Below, piece after piece: positions 54,217-64,000 of a stretch of DNA of 64,000 nucleotides. The first letter of the stretch is position 1. Each line of letters opens with the position of its first letter. A program made the translations under genes and the position numbers. Origin of the DNA: an uncultured Candidatus Rokubacteria bacterium (GTDB lineage: Bacteria; Methylomirabilota; Methylomirabilia; Rokubacteriales; DASRDR01). Under the pieces are notes generated by a model. That model was not told where the DNA came from, searched no databases, and saw nothing but the letters and a program-made list of their open reading frames with translations. Location: contig CAWGVS010000006.1 in NCBI GenBank assembly GCA_963826115.1, forward strand, positions 928,001 through 992,000, written 5' to 3'.

Positions 54217-55281
54217 ATGCGGGTGTTGTTGCTGGGGGTGGGGGGGTTCATCGGGTCGCACCTGGTTGACCGGCTGCTGCGGGACCCCAGCTACGAGGTC
54301 GAGGGTCTCGACCTCACCGACGAGAAGCTCGAAGAGGCCCTCCAGGTCCCGAGGTTCAAGTTCGTCCGCGCCGACATCCGCCAGGAGCGGGAGACCACGC
54401 GCGCCATGATCGAACGGGCCGACGTGGTCGTCGATCTGATCGCGCACGCGAACCCGAGCATCTACGTGGCCAAGCCTCTCGAGGTCTTCGAGCTGAACTT
54501 CACGGAAAATCTTCACATCGCCGAGGCGTGCGTCGAGAAGGGGAAGCGCCTCGTGCAGTTCTCCACCTGCGAGGTGTACGGCAAGACGCTGGCCGCCGTG
54601 GCCCCCGACATGCTCCAGGACCCCGACGATCCCCGGCACGCGCTGTTCAGCGAGGACGCGACCGACTTCATCCTCGGCCCCGTGAACAAGCACCGCTGGA
54701 TCTACGCCTGCGCGAAGCAGCTTCTGGAGCGCGTCATCCACGCCTACGGGCTCCGCGAGGGCCTGAACTGGTCGGTGGTGCGGCCCTTCAACTTCATCGG
54801 GCCCAAGATCGACTACCTGACGACCGCGCAGGAGGGCAACCCCCGCGTGTTCTCCCACTTCATGAGCGCGCTGCTCGAGGGCACCCAGATGAAGCTGGTC
54901 AACGGGGGCCACCACAAGCGCTGCTACACCTACATCGACGACGCGGTCGACTGCATCGAGCGGATCATCGCGAACCCCGACGGCGTGTGCGACCGGCAGA
55001 TCTTCAACGTGGGCAGCCCGCAGAACGAGCTGTCGATCCGCGGGCTGGCCGAGCGGATGCGCGACCTCTATGCGCGGAAGTTCCTGCGGCGAGGGCAGCG
55101 GCTGCCGGACCTCGTGGACGTCGACAGCCGGGACTTCTACGGGGAAGGTTACGAGGACTCCGACCGTCGCATCCCCGACATCACCAAGGCCCAGACGCTC
55201 CTCGGCTGGCGGCCGAAGTACGGTCTCGACGAGACCATCGAACGGAGCATGGCGGGCTTCGCGCCCTACGCCACGACCTGA
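54217..55281 (+). CDS. UDP-glucuronate-converting extended SDR of the ArnA-decarboxylase / UDP-apiose-xylose synthase family
   Basis: GVGGFIGSHL, FSTCEVYGKT, RWIYACAKQL, RPFNFIGP, FYGEGYEDSDRRIPD. Confidence 0.88.
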   Translation: MRVLLLGVGGFIGSHLVDRLLRDPSYEVEGLDLTDEKLEEALQVPRFKFVRADIRQERETTRAMIERADVVVDLIAHANPSIYVAKPLEVFELNFTENLHIAEACVEKGKRLVQFSTCEVYGKTLAAVAPDMLQDPDDPRHALFSEDATDFILGPVNKHRWIYACAKQLLERVIHAYGLREGLNWSVVRPFNFIGPKIDYLTTAQEGNPRVFSHFMSALLEGTQMKLVNGGHHKRCYTYIDDAVDCIERIIANPDGVCDRQIFNVGSPQNELSIRGLAERMRDLYARKFLRRGQRLPDLVDVDSRDFYGEGYEDSDRRIPDITKAQTLLGWRPKYGLDETIERSMAGFAPYATT

Positions 55282-56054
55282 TGCCCGGGCAGCCGGCGCC
55301 TCCGGGCCGGCTCGCCATCACCATCCCCGCCTACAACGCCGCGAAGACGCTCGAGGGCGTCTTCGACCGCATGCCGCCCGAGATCCTGGCGCGTGATCCC
55401 CGCTACGTCGTCGTCAACGACGGCAGCACCGACGCGACGGCCGCGGTGGCGCGCCGGCTCCAGTCGCGGTTCCCGTCGCTCGAGCTGATCGAGCACCCCC
55501 GGAACCGCGGGTACGGAGGCGCGGCCCAGACCGGCCTCGGCCGGGCCCTCGAGGTCGGCGCGGACGTGGTGGCGTGGGTTCACGGCGACGGCCAGTACGC
55601 GCCGGAGTCCCTCCCGGCCCTTCTCGCGCCGCTCGACGCCGACCGGGCGGACGTCGTCCAGGGTTCGCGCCTCCGGGGCGGGGGCGCCTTGAAGGGCGGC
55701 ATGCCCGTCTACAAGTACGTCGCGAACCGCGGGCTGACCTGGATGGAGAACCGCGTCTTCGGGCTCCGGCTCGCGGAGTACCACAGCGGCTACATGCTCT
55801 ACCGCCGCGCGGCACTCGAGGCGATCCCGTTCCGGCGCTTCACGACGCGGGGCTTCGTCTTCGACCAGGAGATGCTGGTCGCCGCGCGGATCCTCGGCCT
55901 CCGTGTGGTCGACCTGCCGATTCCCACCCGCTACGCGGGGGAGGTCTCGCACCTCCGGCCGATCCCGTACGGGATCGCCGTGCTGCGGCTCATGGGGCGG
56001 TACATCCGGGGCGACTACCACCGCCTCGTGCGGGAGCACGCGCCCTCCCGCTGA
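55281..56054 (+). CDS. GT2 glycosyltransferase (DPM1/ArnC-like polyprenyl-phosphate glycosyltransferase)
   Basis: IPAYNA, VNDGSTD, NRGYGGA, HGDGQY, VQGSR, EYHSGY, IPTRY. TGATG coupling to the upstream gene. Confidence 0.9.
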   Translation: MPGQPAPPGRLAITIPAYNAAKTLEGVFDRMPPEILARDPRYVVVNDGSTDATAAVARRLQSRFPSLELIEHPRNRGYGGAAQTGLGRALEVGADVVAWVHGDGQYAPESLPALLAPLDADRADVVQGSRLRGGGALKGGMPVYKYVANRGLTWMENRVFGLRLAEYHSGYMLYRRAALEAIPFRRFTTRGFVFDQEMLVAARILGLRVVDLPIPTRYAGEVSHLRPIPYGIAVLRLMGRYIRGDYHRLVREHAPSR

Positions 56055-56075
56055 CCGCGGCGCCGCCGGCGCCCC

Positions 56076-58741
56076 TCAGCGCCGGCGGGGGGCCCGCTCG
56101 AGCGCGAACGACTGGAGCTCGAAGCCGAGCGTCGTCGGCGTCTCGCCGACGTTGACCTCGAGGGCGCGGGGACCGAGCGCCTCCAGGGCGGTTCCGGCCG
56201 CCGCGCCCTTCATCCCGACGAAGGCGTGGGACTCGCGGAAGCGCCCCCGCAGGTCCCCCGACACGCCGAGCGCCCGGAGCGCCGCGACCGCCTCCTCGGT
56301 CAGGCGATTCGACGCCTCGTCACGGACCGCACCGGCGACGAGCGTGCCGTCCGGGAGCCCGCGGATCAGCGCCGCCAGGCGCGCCGCCGCGCCAGCGTCG
56401 TAGAAAGTGTCGAACGCGGCGGCCGCGCGGACCGCTCCGTCGGGGGCGAAAGCCACCAGGTTGTAGCCCCGGTCGTTCGGCGCCAGCTCGAGACCGTCGA
56501 GGACGATCGAGGCCGATTCCCCGTAGGGCTGGCCCGCGCTCCGGACGCGGAGGTCGCCCGGGCTCACGGCGCCGGTGCCGCCGATCCGGTAGCGGCCGTC
56601 GGGTGCCGCTCACCGGGCGCCGGTACCGGTACTCGAGCCTGACGACGTTGAGATCCGCCTGATGGTACGGCGGCGGGAGCGTTGCCGTGACCGCGCCATC
56701 CCCGTCGATCCGTGGCTCGCCGAGGGTGCGGCCGTTCAGCGACACACGCACCGACTGCTCGCGAGCCGGGATCGGCCGCCAGCGGCCGGAGCGTCGCCCG
56801 GAGGACCGGGTGCTCGCGCACGAACCCGTACGAGACCCAGCGCAGCGCCGTCGTTCCGCGCTCGGGCTGGGCGGCCACCTCCCAGAGATCCTCGTCGCCG
56901 TGGCTGTCCCGGAAGCGGAGGAACGGGGGCGGGGACTGCCGGAGCTCCCGCCACCTGTCCCGCCACGGCTTGGGCATCTCCGGGTCGGCGAGCCGCACGA
57001 CGAGGAAGTCGAGGGGATAGATCCGGCGCAGGTACGCCTCGGCCGCCGGAGACGGGAACGGCGGGCCGGGCGCCGACAGGAGCTCTGACACCCGCGCCTG
57101 GAGCTGCGGGACGAAACCGGAGTACCCGTTCACGATGCGCTTGCCGTGGCCGATCGACCGGAGCATCGCGTCGGCGTCGGGCATCGGCGCGTAGAGCGGC
57201 CACTCCATGACCACGGCGTCCGGCGGCGCCCCCCGCAGGACGTGGTCCACGGGGCGGAGGAGTGCCGGCACCCGGCCGTAGGCGAGCGGGAACGTCGCGT
57301 ACTCGAGCGCCAGGAGGACGCCGATGACGCTCACGGCCGGGACGAACGCCCGGCGGGGAAGGCGGGCGCGGAGCCACGTCACGCCGAAGGCCGCGAGGAG
57401 CGAGACGGCGAAGACCACCAGCACGCCGATCCGGTTGGCGGCGCGCAGCGCGCGGAGCGGCATCACGTACGGGTGGAGCCAGGCGTAGAGGCCCGGGCCG
57501 ATGGGCCGGCCCGCGAGGTTGACGACGGGACCCAGCGAGAGCAGGAAGGCGAAGAGCGAGAGCCCGAGCAGGATCCGGACCCAGTCGTCCACGCCGAGCG
57601 CCCGGTCGGTGAGCCCGCGCTGCCGGCGTCGCCACCCCTCCACCGCCTGGCGGGTGACCAGGATCCCGAAGAGCGCCACCCCGGACGCGGTGAAGGAAGG
57701 CAGCCGGCGAAGCGCGCCGGACCGTCCGCCGGTCGCGAGGGCGAGCCCCGCCAGGACGATGGCGCAGACCGTCGCGATCTGGAGCGCCCGCTCCGGCCAG
57801 GCGCCGGCCGCGGAGCGCTCGCGCCGGAGCCAGAGGAGGCCGACCACGGCCAGCCCGAGCGCCACCGCGCCCATGAAGAGCGTTGCCTCGTAGGCGTAGC
57901 CCCGCGGCGGCAGCTGGTAGAGCCAGTTGGGTCGCATCTCCACGTACTGGAGCACCTCGGCCGAGCGCTCCTGCACGTCGGCGAGCCGGCGCTCGAAGCC
58001 GAGCTCGCGCCGGGTCACGAGGAAGGGCCACATCACCGGCGCCATCGCCACCGCGAGCGCCACCCCGCCGATGGCGGCCGTCAGGAGGGTGCGGACGCGC
58101 CAGCCAGACCACCGGAGCGCCAGGTACTGGAGGGCCACGACGCCGAGCGCGCACGCGACGATCACCCCGTAGTAGAGGACCGAGATCGCCTGGAGCCAGA
58201 AGGCGACGCAGAAGAGCGCGAGGTAGCGCGCCTTCTGGGACTCGAGGAAGCGCACCATGGCGTAGATCGCCACGGGGATCCCGAAGGTCATCTCCATGTT
58301 GAACTCGATGTACATGTCGGTGCGGTACGGGCACAGCGTGAACACGGCGGCGGCGATCAGGGCGGCGGCCGGGTCGCGCGTCAGCCGGATGGCCACGGCG
58401 TACATGGCCCAGCCCGACAGCGCCCAGAAGACGAGCAGCGCCACGTTGTAGGCGAGCACGGGATTGCCGGTGGCCGCGTGGAGCGGGCCGGCCAGGAGCG
58501 CCGGCACGAACAGGGGTTCGCTGAAGGTGAGCGCCAGCCCGACGGGATAGAAGGCGTTGCCCTGCATGAGCGCGCCCGGGTCCGTCACGAGGTTCCGGAA
58601 CGCGGTGACCATCGCCCAGGTCAGGACGCGCGCGTCGGGGTTGTCGGGATAGTAGTGCGCGAGGTCGGTGACGAGCGGCCAGGTGTAGAGGACGACCGCG
58701 CCCAGCAGGAGGAGGAAGACGGCGGGGTGGATCCGCCTCAT
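56076..58741 (-). pseudogene. Multi-TM GT-C/YfhO-like membrane protein with C-terminal ILEI-like domain, interrupted by two +1 frameshifts (probably sequencing errors)
   Basis: ATG 58741 (ATGA overlap): NAFYPVGLALTFSE, PVLAYN, LSLGP, LRAANRI, IVNGYSGFVP. Coding continues in two other frames (VRVSLNG...LEYRY, then YRIGGTG...RGYNLVA, FDTFY, AVRDEAS, RESHAFVGMKG). Removing one base at 56768-56770 and one at 56601-56603 gives a single 887-aa ORF. Confidence 0.8.
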
Positions 58742-59580
58742 CCGCCGAGCAGCGCCGCGTACCGGTCGAGCAGGGACAGGACCTGGTCCCGCCCCTCCGA
58801 GGGCAGCGGCAGCACGACGCGGTCGATGCCCGCGGTCCGGAACCGGTCGAGCGCGGCCGCGTCGGGCTTGCCGCCGAAGACGGAGATCGAGATGGTCTTC
58901 GGATCGCGGCCCGCGCGCGCCGCCAGGCTCCGGAGCTCCGCGGTCTGCGCCAGGATCGCGTCGGCACCGGCCCGCCCGCGCGGGAACCAGCCGTCGCCGA
59001 ACTCCACGACCCGCCGGAGCGTGTGCGGGCCCTCGCCGCCCAGGAGGACGGGCGGGTGGGGCCGCTGGACGGGCTTCGGCCACGACCAGATCCGGTCGAA
59101 GCGGACGAACTCCCCGTGGAACTCCGCCTCGTCCTTCGTCCAGATCTCCTTCATCGCGAGGACCCGCTCCCGCATGACGCGGAAGCGGGTGGCGAAGGCC
59201 GTCCCGTGGTGCTCCATCTCCTCGACGTTCCATCCGGCCCCGACGCCGAACAGGAAGCGCCCGTTGGACAGGAGGTCGAGACTGGCGATCTCCTTGGCGG
59301 TCACGATCGGGTCGTGCTGAATGATCAGGCAGACGCCGGTGCCGATCCGGAGCCGCGACGTCACGGCGGCCGCCGCCGCGAGCCCGACGAAGGGATCGAG
59401 CGTGTGCGCGTACTCCTTCGGCAGCGTGCCGCCCCCGGGCCAGGGCGTGCGGCGGCTCGTGGGGATGTGCGTGTGCTCGGTCACGAAGAGCGATTCGAAG
59501 CCGCGCGCCTCGAGCGCGCCGGCCAGCTCGTCGATACGGATCGAGTACTCCGTGGGGAAGATGAACGCGCCGATCTGCAT
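58738..59580 (-). CDS. LLM-class, probably F420-dependent, oxidoreductase (Rv2161c-like)
   Basis: GFESLFVTEHTHIP, LDPFVGL, AKEIASLDLLSNGRFLFGVGAGWNVEEM, PKPVQRPHPP. Confidence 0.92.
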   Translation of the reverse strand: MQIGAFIFPTEYSIRIDELAGALEARGFESLFVTEHTHIPTSRRTPWPGGGTLPKEYAHTLDPFVGLAAAAAVTSRLRIGTGVCLIIQHDPIVTAKEIASLDLLSNGRFLFGVGAGWNVEEMEHHGTAFATRFRVMRERVLAMKEIWTKDEAEFHGEFVRFDRIWSWPKPVQRPHPPVLLGGEGPHTLRRVVEFGDGWFPRGRAGADAILAQTAELRSLAARAGRDPKTISISVFGGKPDAAALDRFRTAGIDRVVLPLPSEGRDQVLSLLDRYAALLGG

Positions 59581-59718
59581 CCCTGCCTCCTCGGACCGGG
59601 TGGATGCGGGAGCGCCGATTCCGCCACCGCGGGACGGGCGTCCCGACCGGGCGCCACCCCGCCATACTCTCTCACGGGCGTCGTCCGGCGCGCGCCGGGT
59701 CCCGCGCGCCGCCCTGCC

Positions 59719-59747
59719 TTGACTTGGCGGGAGGCGCTGCCGAGAAT
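59719..59747 (+). promoter_or_regulatory. sigma70-type promoter of the peptide ABC operon
   Basis: TTGACT, 17 nt spacer, GAGAAT. Confidence 0.5.
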
Positions 59748-59819
59748 GGCGCCGACGCCGTGTCCGAGCTCGAAGATGCCCGAACCCGCCGAGACCCGGC
59801 CGGAAACTGGAGGTCCCTG

Positions 59820-61382
59820 ATGAGCCTGGTTAGCCCACTTCGCGTCATTCTCGCGGTGCTCGCGAGCGCCGTCCTGGCCCTGTCCGGCGCGACGTCCGGA
59901 GAGGCGAAGGTCCTCCGGACCAACCTCCGCTCGGATCCCTCGATGGTCGACCCGATCACGTTCTCGGAGCTGGTGGCCGGGGACGTGATGAAGAACCTCT
60001 ACGAGGGTTTCACGGAGATCGACAAGGATGGGGGCATCGCCCCCGCCCTGGCCCTCAGGTGGGAGGCCAGTCCCGACAACAAGGGCTTCCGTTTCCACCT
60101 GCGGAAGGGCGTGAAGTTCCACAGCGGACGCGAGTTCACGGCGAAGGACGTCAAGTGGACGTTCGAGCAGATTCTCCTGCCGGGCAACAAGGGCGGGCTC
60201 ACCCTGACCTACCTCAAGATCATCGAGGGGGCGCAGGAGATGCAGGAGGGCAAGGCCACCCAGCTGTCGGGGGTGAAGGTCGTCGACCCGTACACCGTAG
60301 AGGTCCACTTCACCCGTCCCGACGTGCTGTTCCCGATCTACCCGTTCCAGTTCATGGACAGCGGGATCGTCGCGCAGCAGGGCGCCGACTGGCACACGAA
60401 GGTGTCGGCCGGCACCGGCCCCTTCAAGTTCGTTTACTGGAAGAAGGGGCAGGAGGTCCGCCTGGCGGCCCACAAGGACTACTGGAAGGGCGCCCCGTCG
60501 GTCGACGAGATCTCGATGCTCATCGTGCCCAGCTTCGACACCGCGGTGTCGATGTACGAGGCCAACGAGCTGGACGTGGTCGACCTGGAGGCGATCCAGG
60601 CGCGGCGCGTGCTGAAGGACCCGAAGTTCAAGGACGAGATCCTGGCGGTGCCGGCCGCGCAGATCCGCTACATGGGTATGAACCAGAATCTCTACGCGCC
60701 CTTCAAGGACAAGCGGGTCCGGGAGGCCATCTGCATCTCGTTCGACCGCGAGGCCCTCGTCAAGGGCCTCTACGGCGGAGCGGCGGCGCCGCTCTACGGC
60801 CAGATCACGCCGGGCATCGCCGGGTACAACCCGAACGTCAAGCCGATCCCGTATGACCCGGCGCGCGCCAAGCAGCTCATGGCCGAGGCCGGCTACCCCG
60901 ATGGCAAGGGGCTGCCCCCGGTCAAGCTCACCTGCGAGCCGAACTTCAAGGACGAGCTCGCCTACTACGCGGACCAGTTCAAGAAGGTGCTCGGGATGCC
61001 GGTCGAGTTGGAGATCCAGGAGCGCGGGACCTTCATCAAGCGGATGAACACCGGCGAGGTCCCGTTCTTCCCCTGGGGGTGGACCGCCGACTACCCGGAC
61101 GCGATGTACTTCCTCTCGCAGGTCTGGTACGGCCCCAGCCCGTACAACCGGTCCCGCTGGAAGAACGCGGAGTTCGACCAGCTGATCGACCGCGCCCAGG
61201 GCACCGCCGACGCCCAGGCGCGGTACAAGCTCTATCACACGGCCGAGCAGGTCCTGCTGGCGGACTGGGGCACGTGCCCGCTCGTCGTGCGGATGCAGAT
61301 CGCGCTCCGCAAGCCGAACGTCCAGGGCGTGTACCTCACGCCATTCCGGTTCCTGCCGTTCAACACCGTGAAGCTCAACTAG
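59820..61382 (+). CDS. Dpp/Opp-type ABC substrate-binding protein
   Basis: Signal peptide; LYEGF, FHLRKGVKFHSG, FTAKDVKWT, GTGPF, PFKDKRVREA, YDPARAKQLMAEAGYPDG. SD GGAGG. Confidence 0.93.
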   Translation: MSLVSPLRVILAVLASAVLALSGATSGEAKVLRTNLRSDPSMVDPITFSELVAGDVMKNLYEGFTEIDKDGGIAPALALRWEASPDNKGFRFHLRKGVKFHSGREFTAKDVKWTFEQILLPGNKGGLTLTYLKIIEGAQEMQEGKATQLSGVKVVDPYTVEVHFTRPDVLFPIYPFQFMDSGIVAQQGADWHTKVSAGTGPFKFVYWKKGQEVRLAAHKDYWKGAPSVDEISMLIVPSFDTAVSMYEANELDVVDLEAIQARRVLKDPKFKDEILAVPAAQIRYMGMNQNLYAPFKDKRVREAICISFDREALVKGLYGGAAAPLYGQITPGIAGYNPNVKPIPYDPARAKQLMAEAGYPDGKGLPPVKLTCEPNFKDELAYYADQFKKVLGMPVELEIQERGTFIKRMNTGEVPFFPWGWTADYPDAMYFLSQVWYGPSPYNRSRWKNAEFDQLIDRAQGTADAQARYKLYHTAEQVLLADWGTCPLVVRMQIALRKPNVQGVYLTPFRFLPFNTVKLN

Positions 61383-61415
61383 CCGCGGGCCGCCGCCCGG
61401 CGTGAGAGCGCGCGG

Positions 61416-62363
61416 GTGAGGTCGTACGCCCTCCGCCGCGCGCTCGGGCTCCTCCCGGTCCTGGTGGCGGCGATCGTGCTGACGTTCGTCGCCAACCAGT
61501 TCGTCCCCGGCGACCCGATCACGACGCTCCTGAGCGACCGGTCGGGGGACACCGCCCTCGAGGCCCGCCTCCGCGCCGAGTACGGCCTGGACCGGCCGCT
61601 GTGGCGGCAGTTCGGCTCCTACGTGGCCGGTATCCTCCGCGGCGACTTCGGCCTGTCGTTCCGGTTCGCGAGCACCCCCGTGATCGACGTGATCGCGCCC
61701 GGCCTCCTGGTGAGCCCGCTCCTGGCCGGAGGCGCCCTCCTCATCTCGGTGCCGCTCGGGGTGGCGCTGGGGACGTTCGTGGCGCTCCGCAGGAACTCGG
61801 TGTGGGACACGCTCGTCGTGCTCGTCCTGGTGGCCGGCACCTCGATCCCGAACTTCGCCCTCGCCGCCTTCCTGGTCTACCTCCTGAGCGTCCGGCTCGG
61901 CTGGTTGCCGGTCGCCGGCTGGGGATCCTTCTCCCAGGCCGTCCTGCCCGTGGTGCTCCTGGCCATCCCGCCGACCGCGTACGTCGCGCGGCTGTCCCGC
62001 ACCTACATGCTGGAGGTCCTGCAGCAGGACTACATCCGGACCGCGCGGGCGAAGGGCCTGAGCCGCCGGCTCGTGGTCTACCGCCACGCCCTCCGGAACA
62101 CGCTGGTGCCGCTCCTCACCACGATCGGCATCATCCTGGGCGGCCTCCTGTCCGGCACGTTCGTCATCGAGACGCTGTTCAACATTCCCGGGCTCGGCCG
62201 CATGGCGATCCAGTCGATCTTTGCCCGCGACTACCCGGTGACGATGGCCATCGTGCTCCTCTTCACGTTCTTCTACGCCGGCATCAACCTCGTGGTCGAC
62301 CTGCTGTACGGCTTCATCGATCCGCGGATCCGCCTGGGCGCCGGCCGGACGGGAGGCGCGTGA
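61416..62363 (+). CDS. Dpp/Opp-type ABC permease (DppB-like)
   Basis: [44 protein letters not shown]. Confidence 0.94.
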   Translation: MRSYALRRALGLLPVLVAAIVLTFVANQFVPGDPITTLLSDRSGDTALEARLRAEYGLDRPLWRQFGSYVAGILRGDFGLSFRFASTPVIDVIAPGLLVSPLLAGGALLISVPLGVALGTFVALRRNSVWDTLVVLVLVAGTSIPNFALAAFLVYLLSVRLGWLPVAGWGSFSQAVLPVVLLAIPPTAYVARLSRTYMLEVLQQDYIRTARAKGLSRRLVVYRHALRNTLVPLLTTIGIILGGLLSGTFVIETLFNIPGLGRMAIQSIFARDYPVTMAIVLLFTFFYAGINLVVDLLYGFIDPRIRLGAGRTGGA

Positions 62364-63247
62364 GCGTGGCCGCCTCGCCCCTGGCGGTTCTCGAGGCCGT
62401 CGACGAGCGCGCGGGGTCGGACTTCTGGCGACGTTTCCAGCGAAGCCGCAACGCGTGCCTCGGGGGCGCGCTGGTCGCCCTGGTCGTGCTGGTGGCGCTC
62501 GGCGGGCCGTGGCTCGCGCCCTATCGCTACGAGGACACCGACATGCTGGCGGTCTGGGCCGAGCCCTCGCGGGCGCACCTCCTGGGCGGGGACGCCCTGG
62601 GGCGCGACGTGCTGAGCCGGCTGATCGTGGGCGCGCGGATCTCGCTCCTCGTGGCGGTGTCGGTCCTCGCGCTGACGCTGACCGTCGGCACCGTCGCGGG
62701 GATGGTCGCCGGCTACTTCGGCGGCTGGGTCGACGCGCTCCTCATGCGAGGCGCGGACATCGTCTTCGCCTTCCCGGAGCTGATCCTCGCGATCGTGGTG
62801 GCGGCGATGCTCGGGCCTGGCACCCGGACCGTGATCGTGGCGCTCGCGATCGTGTGGTGGCCGGGGATCGCGCGGCTGACCCGGTCGCTCACGCTTTCGC
62901 TCCGAACCGAGCTGTTCGTCGACGCGGCCATCGTGAGCGGGACGCGGCCCTTCACCATCCTGGCGCGCCACGTCCTGCCGAACGTCATGCCGCCGCTGAT
63001 CGTCCGGGCCTCGATCGGCGTCGGGTTCATCGTGATGGCCGAGGCCACGCTGAGCTTCCTCGGCATCGGCGTCCAGGAGCCCCTGCCCACCTGGGGCGGG
63101 ATGATCCGGGATGGGCTGGTCGCGCTCCGCACGGAGCCGTACCTCGCCCTGTCGGCAAGCGCGGCCCTCGGCGTGACGATCGTCGGCTTCAACCTCCTCG
63201 GCGACGGCCTCCGCGACATCCTCGATCCGCGGGTGCGGGACCGGTGA
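62360..63247 (+). CDS. Dpp/Opp-type ABC permease (DppC-like)
   Basis: GTGA overlap; [44 protein letters not shown]. Confidence 0.93.
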   Translation: MSVAASPLAVLEAVDERAGSDFWRRFQRSRNACLGGALVALVVLVALGGPWLAPYRYEDTDMLAVWAEPSRAHLLGGDALGRDVLSRLIVGARISLLVAVSVLALTLTVGTVAGMVAGYFGGWVDALLMRGADIVFAFPELILAIVVAAMLGPGTRTVIVALAIVWWPGIARLTRSLTLSLRTELFVDAAIVSGTRPFTILARHVLPNVMPPLIVRASIGVGFIVMAEATLSFLGIGVQEPLPTWGGMIRDGLVALRTEPYLALSASAALGVTIVGFNLLGDGLRDILDPRVRDR

Positions 63248-64000
63248 CCGACCTCCTCGAGGTCCGGGACCTCTCGGTCTCGTTCGCCACGTCGCGGGGA
63301 TCCGTCCCCGTGCTCGACGGCGTCTCGCTGAGCGTGCGCGAGGGCGAGGTCGTCGGGCTCGTGGGCGAGAGCGGGTCGGGCAAGTCGGTCACCGCGCTGT
63401 CCATCCTCGGGCTCCTCGGGGAGCAGGGGCGGGTGGACGGGGGCGAGATCCGTCTCGACGGCCGCGACCTCGTGCCCTTGCCCGAGCGCGAGTGGCTCCG
63501 GGTGCGAGGGCGGCAGGTCGCCATGGTGTTCCAGGAGCCGATGACGAGCCTGAACCCCTTGCTCCCGGTCGGCTTCCAGGTGGCGGAGGTGGTGGAGGAG
63601 CACCTGGGGCTCGGGCGGCGCGAGGCGCTCCTGCGCGCCGTGGAGCTGTTCCGCGACGTGGGCATCCCGGACGCCGAGCGGCGCGCGCGCGACTACCCCC
63701 ACCAGCTGTCGGGCGGGATGCGCCAGCGCGTCATGATCGCGATGGCGATGGCGTGCCGGCCGCGCCTCCTGGTCGGCGACGAGCCCACCACCGCGCTCGA
63801 CGTCACGATCCAGGCGCAGATCCTCGCGCTCCTCCGCGACCTCGGGCGGGCCTCGGGCACCGCCGTGCTCCTCATCAGCCACGACCTCGGCGTGGTGGCC
63901 GCGATGGCGAGCCGGGTGGTCGTCATGTACGCGGGGCAGGTGGTCGAGGAGGCGCCGACCCGCGAGCTCTTCCGGGCACCCCGGCATCCGTACACGCGGC
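63244..64000 (+). CDS. Dpp/Opp-type ABC ATPase (DppD-like), 3' end outside the window
   Basis: Translated by hand from GTG 63244: [60 protein letters not shown]. Confidence 0.93.
   Translation, partial: MTDLLEVRDLSVSFATSRGSVPVLDGVSLSVREGEVVGLVGESGSGKSVTALSILGLLGEQGRVDGGEIRLDGRDLVPLPEREWLRVRGRQVAMVFQEPMTSLNPLLPVGFQVAEVVEEHLGLGRREALLRAVELFRDVGIPDAERRARDYPHQLSGGMRQRVMIAMAMACRPRLLVGDEPTTALDVTIQAQILALLRDLGRASGTAVLLISHDLGVVAAMASRVVVMYAGQVVEEAPTRELFRAPRHPYTR

Noticed and set aside
1-64000. CRISPR arrays, tRNA/rRNA genes, IS elements, prophage or defence genes
   Set aside because: No regularly spaced repeats, cloverleaf or rRNA-like segments, or transposase, integrase, phage or nuclease motifs were seen. 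Intergenic gaps are all short.

Overview
Very GC-rich, densely coding bacterial chromosome segment with about 65 genes. I saw no rRNA, tRNA, CRISPR array, transposase or integrase. The gene content (many ABC/TTT solute-binding proteins, LLM oxidoreductases, MetE-C-terminal proteins, an ABC_sub_bind protein) resembles Candidatus Rokubacteria/Methylomirabilota; that placement is inference only. Main blocks: (1) 1-21 kb, catabolic region with an LLM oxidoreductase, a hydrolase, two stand-alone MetE-C proteins, an amidohydrolase, a Liv-type ABC importer, a TauD-like enzyme and three structurally unrelated ring-cleavage dioxygenases. It also contains a uORF-USP-TerC unit in which a long-range helix hides the USP ribosome-binding site. 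(2) 23.7-33.1 kb, low-oxygen module: ba3-type oxidase cbaDBA, ADP-forming acyl-CoA synthetase, FNT channel, CBS proteins, cytochrome c and an Rv2004c-like kinase. It has three near-consensus sigma54 promoters that share an upstream palindrome, TGGGGC-N6-GCCCCA. (3) FTR1/cupredoxin iron uptake behind a DtxR/MntR-type box, a sugar ABC importer and TctBAC. (4) A MacB-like ABC exporter whose periplasmic adaptor has a nested duplication of its alpha-hairpin. (5) A UDP-apiose/xylose-synthase-like enzyme and a GT2 converging on a frameshifted GT-C-like/ILEI membrane protein. (6) A Dpp/Opp peptide ABC operon running off the right edge. All calls come from reading motifs by eye; no database searches were run.
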